DNA of 64,000 bases from NCBI RefSeq assembly GCF_964355755.1, contig NC_092679.1, positions 20,381,432 to 20,445,431 of the forward strand, read 5' to 3'. Under the pieces are notes generated by a model. That model was not told the origin of the DNA and did no database searches. It saw nothing but the letters and a program-made list of their open reading frames with translations. Each line of letters begins with the position of its first letter. The first letter of the stretch is position 1. Source of the DNA: Antedon mediterranea. Its lineage: Eukaryota; Animalia; Echinodermata. Shown piece after piece: positions 51,935 to 64,000 of this stretch. The position numbers were made by a program, and so were the translations under genes.

Positions 51935-53583
51935 GCTGACTCGTTCTATCACCAGAACCATAGAGCGAGTGAAACTCGAACCCTTGCCAATGTTATGGCT
52001 ATGTAATTACGGTTTCACTGTCTTACGCTGCTCGGCCTCTCACCCAACCTATGCTGCATTGGGCTCCAACCCTAGAAATTAGCACAAGTTTGTGGTCTAG
52101 TGATCTGTAGGTTGTGAGTTATCTATTTTTTTTACAGGTATGAAAAGAGTCAAGGTGGATGGAGGGAACGCGATAAACGAGAAGAAATAACACACGAGAA
52201 ATCATGGTTCTTGCTGGCCAAGAATTTAGACGGCGATTATGTCGGATTTTCACATTTCAGATTTGATATGGACTTTGATGAAGAAGTGTTATATTGGTAC
52301 ATTCTGTTTAGATATCAATTTTTTTTTAAGTTGAATAAAACCAAATTATACACTTGTGTCTGATATACCACAGTTTTTAAATCAAGGCATCTGATTGGAT
52401 AGGAAACTGCAGTGGCTAGTTTAAACTTGCATACAAAGCCACCTTACAGTATTTAGCATGGTGGGCCAAAGGACACCTACGGTCTTTCACGGTTCAGCGC
52501 ACAACACAGTGACTACCACCAGTTTAACCGACTGCGCTATATGTTGCTTTTAGGTCATAGGTCAAAATATAGCCTAAATGATCAGTAATATAAACATTTA
52601 TTAACTTTTATTTGTTTTTTTTTTCAGTTATGAAATTCAACTAGAAAGAAAAGTACAGCGCAAAGGGTTAGGAAAATTTATGATGCAAATTCTAGAGCTG
52701 ATGGCTAATAAGTATGTTTTTATTTTCATGTATAGATGAATTTTTATTTATTTCTTATTTATCTCTTCTTTATACTGTCAAAGACTGTCCTCCCAGAGGA
52801 TCCAGTATATAGAAAAGCTGTTACAAAGTACACAAATTACAAGATAAAAACAACCCACCAGCAACCCCTAACATGTGCCACTAATTCCAAATAATACTAC
52901 ATTATATATGCATTATATTTCCAAAAATGCTAATTTAAGTAAAAATGTTTTCTTTCTTATTAGAACTAAAATGTCGAAAGTAGTATTAACTGTATTCAAA
53001 GAAAACAGAGTTGCAAATAAATTCTACTTGGAGACTTTGAAGTAAGTGTTTTTTTATAAATAGTACCTCTATAGAGGTGACACCCCTGTTCAGGGGACGC
53101 ATTCTCATGAAACGAACAAGTGGAAATTCTTTTACCAACCGGTAAAGTGCGCCATCTAAAACTGCACTGCTCCCCCAGCCAAAATCTGAGCTCTTATTTT
53201 TTTTTTCATACGCATCCAACAGCGAGTAACTCGCCAATAACAGGATGGATAAACTATTTATAATTTATCATGCTTCTAGAAGATGTATTACAAAAAACAT
53301 AATTTTGGTATTCATTGAATGGAGATAATGATTTTATTTTAAAACATTGGTTAATATCTAGGATTTATTTCCAATATCTATATCGTCTTTTTGTTATATT
53401 AGATATGCTGTGGATGAAACATCTCCGAGTGTATTTGACCCAATGAGCCCTGACCTGTACGACTACGAGATTTTGAGTAAGAAGACCTTGCACAAGAAAC
53501 TTGCCGAAAAAGAAGCACATAGTCATGGTGGTGGGTGTTGTAGTGGGCCACATCACCACCACCACTCGGTACCAGCTCACTAG
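49726..53583 (+). CDS. NAA40: N-alpha-acetyltransferase 40 (NatD, histone H4/H2A N-terminal acetyltransferase), 8 coding exons, 250 aa
   Basis: Exons 49726-49731 (MG), 50561-50605, 51056-51159, 51531-51626, 52138-52296, 52628-52711, 52964-53041, 53403-53583; all GT-AG, sum 753 nt. Translation [95 protein letters not shown] matches the NAA40 family as I know it. Confidence 0.93.
50561..50605 (+). CDS. NAA40: NAA40 exon 2
   Basis: tag|[15 protein letters not shown]|gtacag. Confidence 0.85.
50685..50802. mobile_element. Harbinger MITE family 1 copy (NAA40 intron 2)
   Basis: CTCTGTCTACACTGTCAAACT..AGTTTGATAGTGTAGACAGAGCT-TAA. Confidence 0.72.
51056..51159 (+). CDS. NAA40: NAA40 exon 3
   Basis: aag|[35 protein letters not shown]|gtaggt. 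Confidence 0.85.
51531..51626 (+). CDS. NAA40: NAA40 exon 4
   Basis: cag|[32 protein letters not shown]|gtaagt. Confidence 0.9.
51830..52045 (-). mobile_element. tRNA-derived SINE with Deu/Nin-like central domain (NAA40 intron 4)
   Basis: Minus strand AGGCCGAGCAGCG..GGGTTCGAG head, then CTCAGATAAGGACTATAAACCGTAGGTCC..GCACCTTAAAGAACCTAGTACA. Confidence 0.6.
52138..52296 (+). CDS. NAA40: NAA40 exon 5
   Basis: cag|[34 protein letters not shown]|gtacat. Confidence 0.92.
52628..52711 (+). CDS. NAA40: NAA40 exon 6
   Basis: cag|[27 protein letters not shown] (GNAT acetyl-CoA motif)|gtatgt. Confidence 0.92.
52964..53041 (+). CDS. NAA40: NAA40 exon 7
   Basis: tag|[25 protein letters not shown]|gtaagt. 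Confidence 0.9.
53403..53583 (+). CDS. NAA40: NAA40 exon 8 (terminal)
   Basis: tag|[46 protein letters not shown]. Confidence 0.88.
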
Positions 53584-54170
53584 AAACCACACCCATGATG
53601 TCGGGTGTCATTGTGGGCCACACCACCAACATCACCACTCGGTACCAGCTCACAAAGAACCGCACACTCCACCTATGATGGTTTGGATCACTAAAAAACA
53701 CACTCATGTCAGCCGTAGTGTATCGCATCATCACAATTCAGTACCTGCTCTCCAAGAACCACACCCATGTTGTCAGGCATCATTGTGGGTCACATAAAAA
53801 CCACCATTCGCCATTAGTACCTGCTCTCCTAGAAACACATCCATGATGTTGGGCGTCGTGGGTCACATAAACATCACCATTCACCATTAGTACCTGCTCT
53901 CCAAGAACCACACCCATGATGTTGGCTGTCATGGATATCTTCACCAAGCACCATTTAGTATCTTGTAACTAAAAACCACACCAAAAATGTTGGCTGTTCA
54001 TGTAGTGGATATCACTAGGCACCATTTAGTATCTGGTCACTAATAGCCACACCCATGATGTTGATGTACCTTCTCACTAAGAACTGCAGCCACACCTGTT
54101 GAGTCACTAAGAACTGAACATGCACCATCCATGGTGGCTGGTGATGTTGCTGACCACATCGCCACCAGTT
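53516..54170 (+). repeat. Degenerate ~70-75 bp His/Cys-codon tandem repeat spanning the NAA40 stop and 3'UTR
   Basis: Recurrent CCACACCCATGATGT..GTGGG.CACA..CACCA.TC.GTACC.GCTC.C.AGAA. Confidence 0.8.
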
Positions 54171-55038
54171 TTCCGTAATATCTCACTAAATACCTCTTAC
54201 ACACCCCTGATACTTTAAGCTATCATGTTTTTTTGGACGACTGACATGTAAAGTTGTAACTATTACTAATCTTACATTGACTGGCTTAAACTAGAGGACT
54301 TACTATCAATTTAACTTGCCATTTTTAATAGTATAACAATTACTGGAAAACTGCCACAAAATAAGCATCAGGTACATTAATAAGATATTCAATTAATTAA
54401 TTAACTTATATAAGATTTTCTTTGCAGAATTAAAACAGAAAAAGTTTTTAATCACATTTTGTAGTAGGGTAATTGTAATTTATAATCATCGCTTTCACTT
54501 CTCATTTATATATGTAAATACATAACGATAGTTTGCCTTTACAGCAAATAAAGGGTGAGGGGGGTTAATTTCTTAAAGCCTATTGAAAAAAATAAGCTTT
54601 CCACTGCCGTCTATTAGTATTTTTAAGCAAACAAATTAACTTGTTTATAAGCTTTGATGCAAGGCCACGTAAAAAAAAGTTGTTGATTATCCTTAAAAAA
54701 AGTTGGGAGGGAGGTGATTTGTTTAGGCACCATTAGGCAACAAGGGACAAAATGATTGGTATGTTTTGTGTGCCATATGTTCCTTCTTGTTCAAATGTTT
54801 AAAACAACATAACAAGGGTACACTTTTCTATTCAATTCTCATTGAAATGGAGCTTGATTAATTTCTGACATAATTTTTTTTTCATGGCCTATTAAAATGA
54901 TGTTAATAACAATATCAAAACAAAACATCATTTTATTAGGCCAAAGTTAGGCAGGTAGTAATGTTACAGATTCTAGACAACTTTGCTGGAAATATTCTAA
55001 TCGACTTGCATGAACTGTTGGGGTTTTGTAACAAGTTT

Positions 55039-56140
55039 TTCAATGTTGGATGAGATTGTTTAAGGAATTTTGTAGTCGGAAGACGTGACTGTCGACACGG
55101 TCAACCATGCATCGTAATTACTAATTTCTATTGGCAAGGTAGACTACGTCAAATTAAAAATTCTATTGGCACGGCCAACTGTGCATCGTAATTAATAGTT
55201 TCTATCGGCAAGGTTGAATATGATGGATTTAAAGATACTATTGGCACGGTCAACCATGCATCATAATTTACTAGTTTCTATCGTTAAGGTTGAATATGAT
55301 TGATTTAAAGATACTATTGGCACGGTCAACCATGCATCGTAATTTACTAGTTTCTATCGTTAAGGTTGAATATGATTGATTTAAAGATACTATTGGCACG
55401 GTCAACCATGCATCGTAATTTACTAGTTTCTATCGTTAAGGTTGAATATGATTGATTTAAAGATACTATTGGCACGGTCAACCATGCATCGTAATTTACT
55501 AGTTTCTATCGTTAAGGTTGAATATGATTGATTTAAAGATACTATTGGCACGGTCAACCATGCATCGTAATTTACTAGTTTCTATCGGCAAAGTTGAATA
55601 TGATTGATTTAAAGATACTATTGGCACGGTCAACCATGCATCGTAATTTACTAGTTTCTATCGTTAAGGTTGAATATGATTGATTTAAAGATACTATTGG
55701 CACGGTCAACCATGCATCGTAATTTACTAGTTTCTATCGTTAAGGTTGAATATGATTGATTTAAAGATACTATTGGCACGGTCAACCATGCATCGTAATT
55801 TACTAGTTTCTATCGGCAAAGTTGAATATGATTGATTTAAAGATACTATTGGCACGGTCAACCATGCATCGTAATTTACAAGTTTCTATCGGCAAAGTTG
55901 AATATGATTGATTTAAAGATACTATTGGCACGGTCAACCATGCATCGTAATTTACTAGTTTCTATCGTTAAGGGTGACTATGTCGAATTTAAAGATACTA
56001 TTGGCACAGTTGGCCTATAAGACTGCAGAATTAGGAGCAATAGAAAACAAGGCATTAGACACACGGTTGACTGTGCCTATAGATTTTATAACTTTATTTA
56101 CACTCACTCTTAACTGACAATAGCCTCATCCAACATTGAA
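55039..56140. mobile_element. TIR-bounded element containing a 76-bp tandem array (~12 units, ~55090-56020)
   Basis: 16-bp perfect inverted repeat TTCAATGTTGGATGAG (55039-55054) / CTCATCCAACATTGAA (56125-56140); period 76 (55391 to 55467). Confidence 0.7.
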
Positions 56141-56534
56141 GCAAATGAATTAAGACAGAAGAAGATGCATATAATCTCTTAGTCATGTTTTTAAAACATT
56201 TTATGTAACCTATTTATAGTCATTTAGAAGCTAACAATTAAGGGCCCACAACAATACAAACACAAAGAGCACAAAACATTTATAAAAAGTCTCAATTGTA
56301 AATAAACCAGACTGATAAAAAGAAATGGAAATGGCAACTTTATCTATTAATTTAATCTTTTTTTTATAAAGCATACATTAATTTTTGTTCGCATACAATA
56401 TATACATATGGTAGGCATATTCATCCAAAATAGTTAGTATTCTATTATAAGTTATGAGGAGGTTTCTTGATTAAATAGTAGTTTTTCGTACGCCACTTCT
56501 GAGATTTTCTAAAATGTACATTATAATCAGGTGT

Positions 56535-59230
56535 CAAATTTCGACCCTTACTATGGCTCTATAAGATGATGATAACACAATATATGTGCATATATGGTAA
56601 TATTGCATAAATATCGAATTTTAAAAAGTGGATATTTACAGGGAAATTTTCGAAAAATGGGCAAATTTCGACCCTTTTATTTTTTGACATAAAAAAACCA
56701 TTTATGTCAAAAGTGGTTACTATTGCACAATTGACATGCGCAGAACGCATTATTCGACTCTGCGCATGTTTATTATGCTATAGTAACCATTTATGTCAAA
56801 AAATAAAAGGGTCGAAAATTGGCCTTTTTTCGAAAATTTCAATGTACTATAGTACAGGGATTTTTTTTTAAAATGGTCAATTTTCGACCTTTTTATTTTT
56901 CGATAAAACTGGTTACTATAGCACAATTGACATGCGCAGAACCCATTATTCGACTCTGCGCATGTTTATTATGCTATAGTAACCATTTATGTCAAAAGTG
57001 GTTACTATTGCACAATTGACATGCGCAGAACGCATTATTCGACTCTGCGCATGTTTATTATGCTATAGTAACCATTTATGTCAAAAAATAAAAGGGTCGA
57101 AAATTGGCCTTTTTTCGAAAATTTCACTGTACTATATATAGTACAGGGATTTTTTCAAAAAATGATCAATTTTCGACCTTTTTATTTTTCGATAAAACTG
57201 GTTACTATAGTACAATTGACATGCGCAGAACCCATTATTCGACTCTGCGCATGTTTATTATGCTATAGTAACCATTTATGTCAAAAGTGGTTACTATTGC
57301 ACAATTGACTTGCGCAGTACGCATTATTCGACTCTGCGCATGTTTATTATGCTATACTAACCATTTATGTCAAAAAATAAAAGGGTCGAAAATTGGCCTT
57401 TTTTCGAAAATTTCAATGTACTATAGTACAGGGATTTTTTCAAAAAATGGTCAATTTTCGACCTTTTTATTTTTCGATAAAACTGGTTACTATAGCACAA
57501 TTGACATGCGCAGAACCCATTATTTGACTCTGCGCATGTTTATTATCCTATAGTAACCATTTATGTCAAAAGTGGTTACTATTGCACAATTGACATGCGC
57601 AGAACGCATTATTCGACTCTGCGCATGTTTATTATGCTATAGTAACCATTTATGTCAAAAAAGGTTACTATAGCACAATTGACATGCGCAGAACCCATTA
57701 TTCGACTCTGCGCATGTTTATTATGCTATAGTAACCATTTATGTCAAAAGTGGTTACTATAGCACAATTGACATGCGCAGAACCCATTATTTGACTCTGC
57801 GCATGTTTATTATGCTATAGTAACCATTTATGTCAAAAGTGGTTACTATAGCACAATTGACATGCGCAGAACCCATTATTTGACTCTGCGCATGTTTATT
57901 ATGCTATAGTAACCATTTATGTCAAAAGTGGTTACTATAGCACAATTGACATGCGCAGAACCCATTATTCGACTCTGCGCATGTTTATTATGCTATAGTA
58001 ACCATTTATGTAAAAAAATAAAAGGGTCGAAAATTGGCCATTTTTCGAAAATTTACCTGTACTATAGTACAGGAATTTTTTCAAAAAATGGTCAATTTTC
58101 TACATTTTTATTTGTCGATAAAACTGGTTACTATAGCACAATTGACATGCACAGAACCCATTATTCGATTCTGCGCATGTTTATTATGCTATAGTAACCA
58201 TTTATGTCAAAAGTAGTTACTATTGCACAATTGACATGCGCAGAACCCATTATTCGACTCTGCTCATGTTTATTATGCTATAGTAACCATTTATGTCAAA
58301 AGTGGTTACTATTGCACAATTGACATGCGCAGAACGCATTATTCGACTCTGCTCATGTTTATTATGCTATAGTAACCATTTATGTCAAAAGTGGTTACTA
58401 TTGCACAATTGACATGCGCAGAACGCATTATTCGACTCTGCGCATGTTTATTATGCTATAGTAACCATTTATGTCAAAAAATAAAAGGGTAAAAAATTGA
58501 TCATTTTTCGAAAATTTCACTGTACTATAGTACAGGGATTTCTTTAAAAAATGGTCAATTTTCGACCTTTTTATTTTTCGATAAAACTGGTTACTATAGG
58601 ACAATTGACATGTGCAGAAACCATTATTTGACTCTGCACATGTTTATTATGCTATAGTAACCATTTATGTCAAAAGTGGTTACTATTGCACAACTGACAT
58701 GCGCAGAACCAATTATTCGACTCTGCGCATGTTTATTATGCTATAGTAACCATTTATGTCAAAAAATAAAAGGGTCGAAAATCGGCCATTTTTCGAAATT
58801 TCCCTGTACTATAGTACAGGAATTTTTTCAAAAAATGGTCAATTTTCTACATTTTTATTTTTCGATAAAACTGGTTACTATAGCACAATTGACATGCGCC
58901 GAACCCATTATTTGACTCTGCGCATGTTTATTATCCTATAGTAACCATTTATGTCAAAAGTGGTTACTAATTCACAATTGACATGCGCAGAACCCATTAT
59001 TCGACTCTGCGCATGTTTATTATGATATAGTAACCATTTATGTCAAAAAATAAAAGGGTCCAAAATTTGCCATTTCCCTATACTAATAGTACAGGAAAAG
59101 TTTCGAAAAATGGGAAAATTTCGACCCTTTTTTTTGTTGACATAACTAGTTACTATGGCTCTATAAGATGATAACACAATATATGTGCATATATGGCAAT
59201 ATATTATCGCATAATTATCGAATTTAAAAA
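56535..59230. repeat. Higher-order array of two palindromic modules (89-bp A x19, ~107-bp B x7) bounded by ~80-bp direct repeats
   Basis: A period 89 (57741, 57830, 57919); B+A period 196 (56793 to 56989); direct repeats 56548-56626 and 59150-59230. Confidence 0.92.
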
Positions 59231-60149
59231 CTTTGTAACATGACCACAGTGCTCATTTTGCCATATTTGCTTTAACTAATATGCATGAGTGTCATTGGGA
59301 TTGCTGGGGTTACAAAGAGACCCCCTATTTAAACACCCTTTTTCATGGGTCCTATTCTAAGGCGATATTGGGAGTAAAACGTATTAAGGTGAAACACATT
59401 CTTACTTCAATGCAATAAAGTTTCATGTACTTTCATAATATGTTATTAAAAATAAAATTATTTTTCATTCTAATAAATGTTTTGAATTCGTTTCTTGTTC
59501 TGTTTTCTATATTATATTTGTTGTGTTAATAAGTTTATATTGAGGCAGTTTTAACTTGACTTGATTTTTTCTATCTACCCTGGCTATGCTGCTCTTTGAT
59601 TTATATAAATATATACGATCACAAAATAGTTATATGAGGTTAGTACAGATAATATAATTTAAAATAATAAATAATTAAGGAATGCAATCGTAATATTTGT
59701 CTTTTTTTATTTGTTTGTATCCAGTACACTAATGATGCAATAAAAATGCTGAATAATTGCCAGACAGCAAATAATTACATTGTTGAATACAAATAATTTC
59801 AATTTGGTGATTATTAATGATTAACCTGGCAACTTGATCAAGTAAAATGGACCCCTAATTATACCACATTATTTACAAGAATTAAAAAAGGTATTCAAGG
59901 TGAGAGAAAAATAAGAAGCTACAAGAAATTAATAAAATTATTCATCGTCATAAAGAACAAACGCAATCCATACAGTACATACAGTATTATAATACACCTG
60001 TTGTGCAGTTTAAACATTAAAACCCGAATAACATATTTCTAACTACCTAACTCGTTATCATTATCAATAACTCATTTCTGTAGGCCCCAATCTCAATAAT
60101 TATCTCAAGACAAAGATGTACAAGCCTGGTTTTGCAGACAAATATCTAA

Positions 60150-60311
60150 AGCTCAGTCTACACTATCAAATTAGTTTGACAAAAAAAAGTGTGATGTGCC
60201 CAAATATGGTAGTGATATACCCAAATATGGTAGTGATATGACATAATCATGTCTATATATGGACACATCACATTTTTTTGTCACATAAAGTTTGATAGTG
60301 TAGACAGAGCT
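60150..60311. mobile_element. Harbinger MITE family 1 copy
   Basis: TAA-AGCTCAGTCTACACTATCAAA..TTTGATAGTGTAGACAGAGCT-TAA. Confidence 0.78.
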
Positions 60312-61094
60312 TAAGAGTAGAATCCCTATTAAGGGGACATCTTTTGCCCCCCCCCACCACATTGTCCTCCTAATAAGGGTGTCTCCTGAGCAGGAGTTGG
60401 TCGTTGGTTGGCAACATATATATTTCCCCTATAAAATTAAAACAATAATTGTATTTTGCTTCTATGATGCGAATAAATTTATAGAGAACGACAAAAAATA
60501 AAATTAGATTGTAATATGGCCTTACATAACAATAACGGAAAAGCATAATACAGAAGCCAAACCAAATAGAATTTCATAAATATTAAAAATAACTAGAATT
60601 TTGATTACAAATTGCAAACCCATCATGGGAAACCAAACTAAAATATATTCATAGTTTTGTATCAAATTTGATTTATTTAAAAATATTTAAATAAAACATC
60701 CTGAAAATAATTTTAAAATGGTGCAAAATGAAAGGTTAGTCTTAAATAAAAAAAACAAATAAAGAAAGCTTTAAAATTCTGTGCAGTTCATCTGTGAAGT
60801 ATTTGATTCTGTTACAGAAAAGAGAAATTTCTTTCCGTTTTTAGAAAAGGAAAAAAAAAATGCTGGATGAAAAAACTCATTAATGTCAACGTATCCAATT
60901 TAATGGTAAATACTAATATATGAAGAAATTTCTAATTTTATTTTTTTATTACACCTGACGTAAAACATAATAAATGTTTATAGGCATTGTCATGACAACA
61001 CAGTGAAAAGCAAATTGATTTACAGTGCATTTAAAATACAAAAAACAACACTACAGCAATATATAAAAATTACATTGTATAGACATAGGTAGAA

Positions 61095-61550
61095 GAACTA
61101 CACGTACACACATGTAACAGCTGTTACACTTATCCATGGGTAAAAAGAAAATGACACATATGTGTAGAAATCTATTACACGTACACACGTGTATAAGCCG
61201 TTACACATAGCCATGGTGAAAGGCAAATTATATTACACATGTGTAGAAACCTATTACACGTACATACGTGTATAAGCTGTTACACATACCCATGGTGAAA
61301 GGCAAATTATATTACACATGTGTAGAAAGCTATTACACGTACATACGTGTATAAGCTGTTACACATACCCATGGTGAAAGGCAAATTATATTACACATGT
61401 GTAGAAAGCTATTACACGTACATACGTGTAAAAGCCTACAGTACCACTTGTGTCGAAATTGGTACACACACTCGCAAATGAAAGAAAAATTATACATACA
61501 CATGTGTAAAAAAAGCACATTACACATGCATACATGTAAAAATTATTACA
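61095..61550. repeat. 79-bp tandem repeat (~5 units)
   Basis: TATTACACGTACATACGTG at 61252, 61331, 61410. Confidence 0.85.
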
Positions 61551-61722
61551 TACACCAACGATTGTCGTCAAGACAATGAAACAATATTTTGCCAACACTT
61601 CCAAGCCATGTGCTCATACCACGTAAAAACGTGCCCTTTACATAGCATGGGCATATAATTGAGTCACTAAACTAAATGCATCATGTGCTTATAACTGAGT
61701 CAGTATATGCCAATCACTCTAA

Positions 61723-61878
61723 AACTCTGTCTACACAATCAAACTACGTGACAAAAAATGTGATGTGCCCATATATGGGCATGATGATGTCATATCACTA
61801 CCATATTTGAGAATACAACTACCATATTTGGGCACATCACACACATTTTAGTCATAGTTTGATAGTGTGGACAGAGCT
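61723..61878. mobile_element. Harbinger MITE family 1 copy
   Basis: CTCTGTCTACACAATCAAACT..AGTTTGATAGTGTGGACAGAGCT. Confidence 0.72.
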
Positions 61879-63395
61879 TTAGATACATATCGTGGTTAAT
61901 CAGTTACTGTACAAACAAAATACAATGTTGAGAGCTAATTATGAATATCTTGCAATCAAAACGTTTCAACTTAATTACGTTTAACTATTAAAATACCTTT
62001 AAAAAGAACAACATGCATATTTAATATATATAAAATATAATTTTACTTCTCGCTGCCATTTTAATGAAGATCAATACATAATATTTTAAAATCAACTTTT
62101 TTTTATGAGTATTTTACTCTTATACATTAAAAATACAAACCTAAACGACAGGAAAACGTGTCGCGACAAACATTTGTCATTAACGTCCGTGTGTACAGTG
62201 GTTACAAAACTATGTTATTATTATTATGAATTCATGTGGCGTCACTCTGGAATGTAGTTTCAGAATTAATAGTAGATTCTACTTTGTCGTTTAAACTGTA
62301 CAATTACAAAATGAGGAAAATCTGTATTTGCCCAGCAAAACTTTTTCCCGAAAACATGCTTTTTACAAATTCTACAGGTCATGTATAAATGAATATTGTG
62401 ACGGCGATCGATGTGCGTGATTCATTGTCCTAAAGGTCGTGTCAAATGAAAACTTAGAACAAATCAGCATAAGACATAAGTTTGTTGTTCAAAATTTGTT
62501 TACCTGATTTCTGGTTAGACGATACTTTTAAAATACCTAATAATAATAATTTAATAAATGGCATGCTGCTGGTTCATCAATTTCATATCTAGGTTGAAAA
62601 ACTAAAACAATGTTAGATTTGCCTCCACAAAATTAATTTTTGTCATAATTTCAACTGCATGATTTAATCTGTAGTTCTTTATTAATATAACCATGGATGT
62701 ATTTATACCGCCATGATATAACTTCATTCAAAAGTTTTTCTAATTTCAACTGCAAGATTTGTAACTATAAGGGACTGTGTAAAACTCATTCTACTGCAGG
62801 TACTGCAGTATACTACATTTTGTTACTGTTTATTGCAGTGACTGCTTATAAACCTCCATATTACTGTTTGTACTTAAATTAATTAAATTAGCATGATGGT
62901 TTTTAAAATCTTGAATTTAAAAAAAGAAAATGGTTCAAATTATTTTATTGAATACATTTTATAAAAAAACAAAATAAGAATATTCAAGGTTAGATACGCA
63001 CATTAGAAAAAATTGTCAAACATTTTCAAAAAGTTGAAAATTCATAAAAAGTGTCTTTGATTATTTCAATGATTATTATGCATTTAAACATTTTGAAAGT
63101 TTTGTAATTTAACCATTACTGCTATCAAGGTAGTCATAGTTCACCTCTGACCTCTAAGGTCACATAATTAAACACTTCCTGACCCACTATCAAATTAAGT
63201 CAAAAACTTGTACTGAATTTGTATTTTTTACAATAAATTTTACACACAGGAGAATTTTACAATTTTTTAAGGCTGTACATCTTTGTAAAATTCAGTTCAA
63301 AATTGCTAAAAACAAGATACACCACAATATAACAATATTCAAAATAGTTTCTTTGTTTTCTTATCTAAAAATTACGGTTAGAAAGGTTTTTCAGA

Positions 63396-63838
63396 TCATA
63401 GATTCACTTCAAACGTTTTTACAGCATTTGCGAATGGGTTATTTGCGTTCTCACTGGTTTGTTTGGTGTCGTCGCCGAATGCTTCCCACCGGGCTTCAAA
63501 GTTCTCTGGTTGCGGCGCCGGTTTCATTGCCGGTAAACTGTTTGACATATCGTTCGTCCAATTCCCGCCGAGCCCGTTCTGCTGCACTCGGTTTGCGTCC
63601 GCACCCGTGCTGTTTGCATTGTTGTAATTAGGCGGTACCGTTGAGTGCACTTGGGCTGCAACCACCGTGTTCCCCGTGGCCGGGTTGTGTCCGTTCATGT
63701 GTCCGTTTCCTTCTTGTCCGAGAAACGGATTGTTCGACTTGTGAACGGGCATGTTTATTGTTTTCTGTGTTTCGGTTTCTTTCGCCCATGGATTTGTTTG
63801 TCTGATTGGTGTGGCGGTTGGTTGCAGTTGTACATGAG
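63396..63838 (-). CDS. NUMB: Protein numb homolog, terminal coding exon (gene continues beyond window end)
   Basis: Acceptor tttacag on minus strand, open frame with NPW/NPF motifs, FEARWEAF (Numb FEAQWAAL-like) and the C-terminus NPFANAVKTFEVNL-stop, matching the Numb NPF...KTFE.xL end. Confidence 0.85.
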
Positions 63839-64000
63839 CTGTAAATAAACGATCATATCAACTTTAATTCAAATATAATGTAACAGACACGTTTTCACCA
63901 CAGAAATTAGCATACTTTACTAATTTTAACAATAAATTTTTATCTGTTTTTGCATTCAACTTTGTGAATATCGAAACTTTATGTGACAATTTTTTTTACA

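Noticed and set aside
53365-53734. Antisense ORFs over the NAA40 last exon
   Set aside because: Shadows of the His-codon-rich repeat.
56559-58941. Multiple 60-90 aa ORFs (MSKVVTIAQLTC...)
   Set aside because: Translations of the tandem array in shifting frames; no protein-like features.
56700-59130. CRISPR-like appearance (palindromic repeats alternating with other blocks)
   Set aside because: The intervening blocks are themselves repeated, not unique spacers; units are too long; no cas genes; eukaryotic context.

Overview
AT-rich, repeat-dense eukaryotic (invertebrate metazoan; possibly echinoderm, by inference only) genomic DNA with spliceosomal introns. Four protein genes are recognisable: (1) an intronless muscarinic acetylcholine receptor CDS (23864-25576, +), probably preceded by a ~21 kb 5'UTR/intron region; (2) a 12-exon adenylosuccinate synthetase gene (32027-46174, +, 450 aa reconstructed by hand); (3) an 8-exon NAA40 histone N-terminal acetyltransferase (49726-53583, +, 250 aa); (4) the last exon of a NUMB orthologue (63396-63838, -). 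There is an intact tRNA-Arg(TCG), a rearranged pseudo-copy of it, and a cloverleaf tRNA-like gene with the rare ATC anticodon. The most striking structure is an 8.8 kb foldback-type element filling ADSS intron 1. It has imperfect TIRs bounded by CCATGG, two head-to-head arrays of a 106-bp unit that carries half of the TIR palindrome, and a nested young LINE 3' end, a Penelope-type minimal hammerhead motif and a Helentron-like MITE in its centre. Also notable: a 2.7 kb higher-order array of two self-complementary modules, a TIR-bounded 76-bp array, His/Cys-codon tandem repeats running from the NAA40 C-terminus into its 3'UTR, and many MITE/SINE copies. All calls were made by eye with no database search, so repeat boundaries are approximate.
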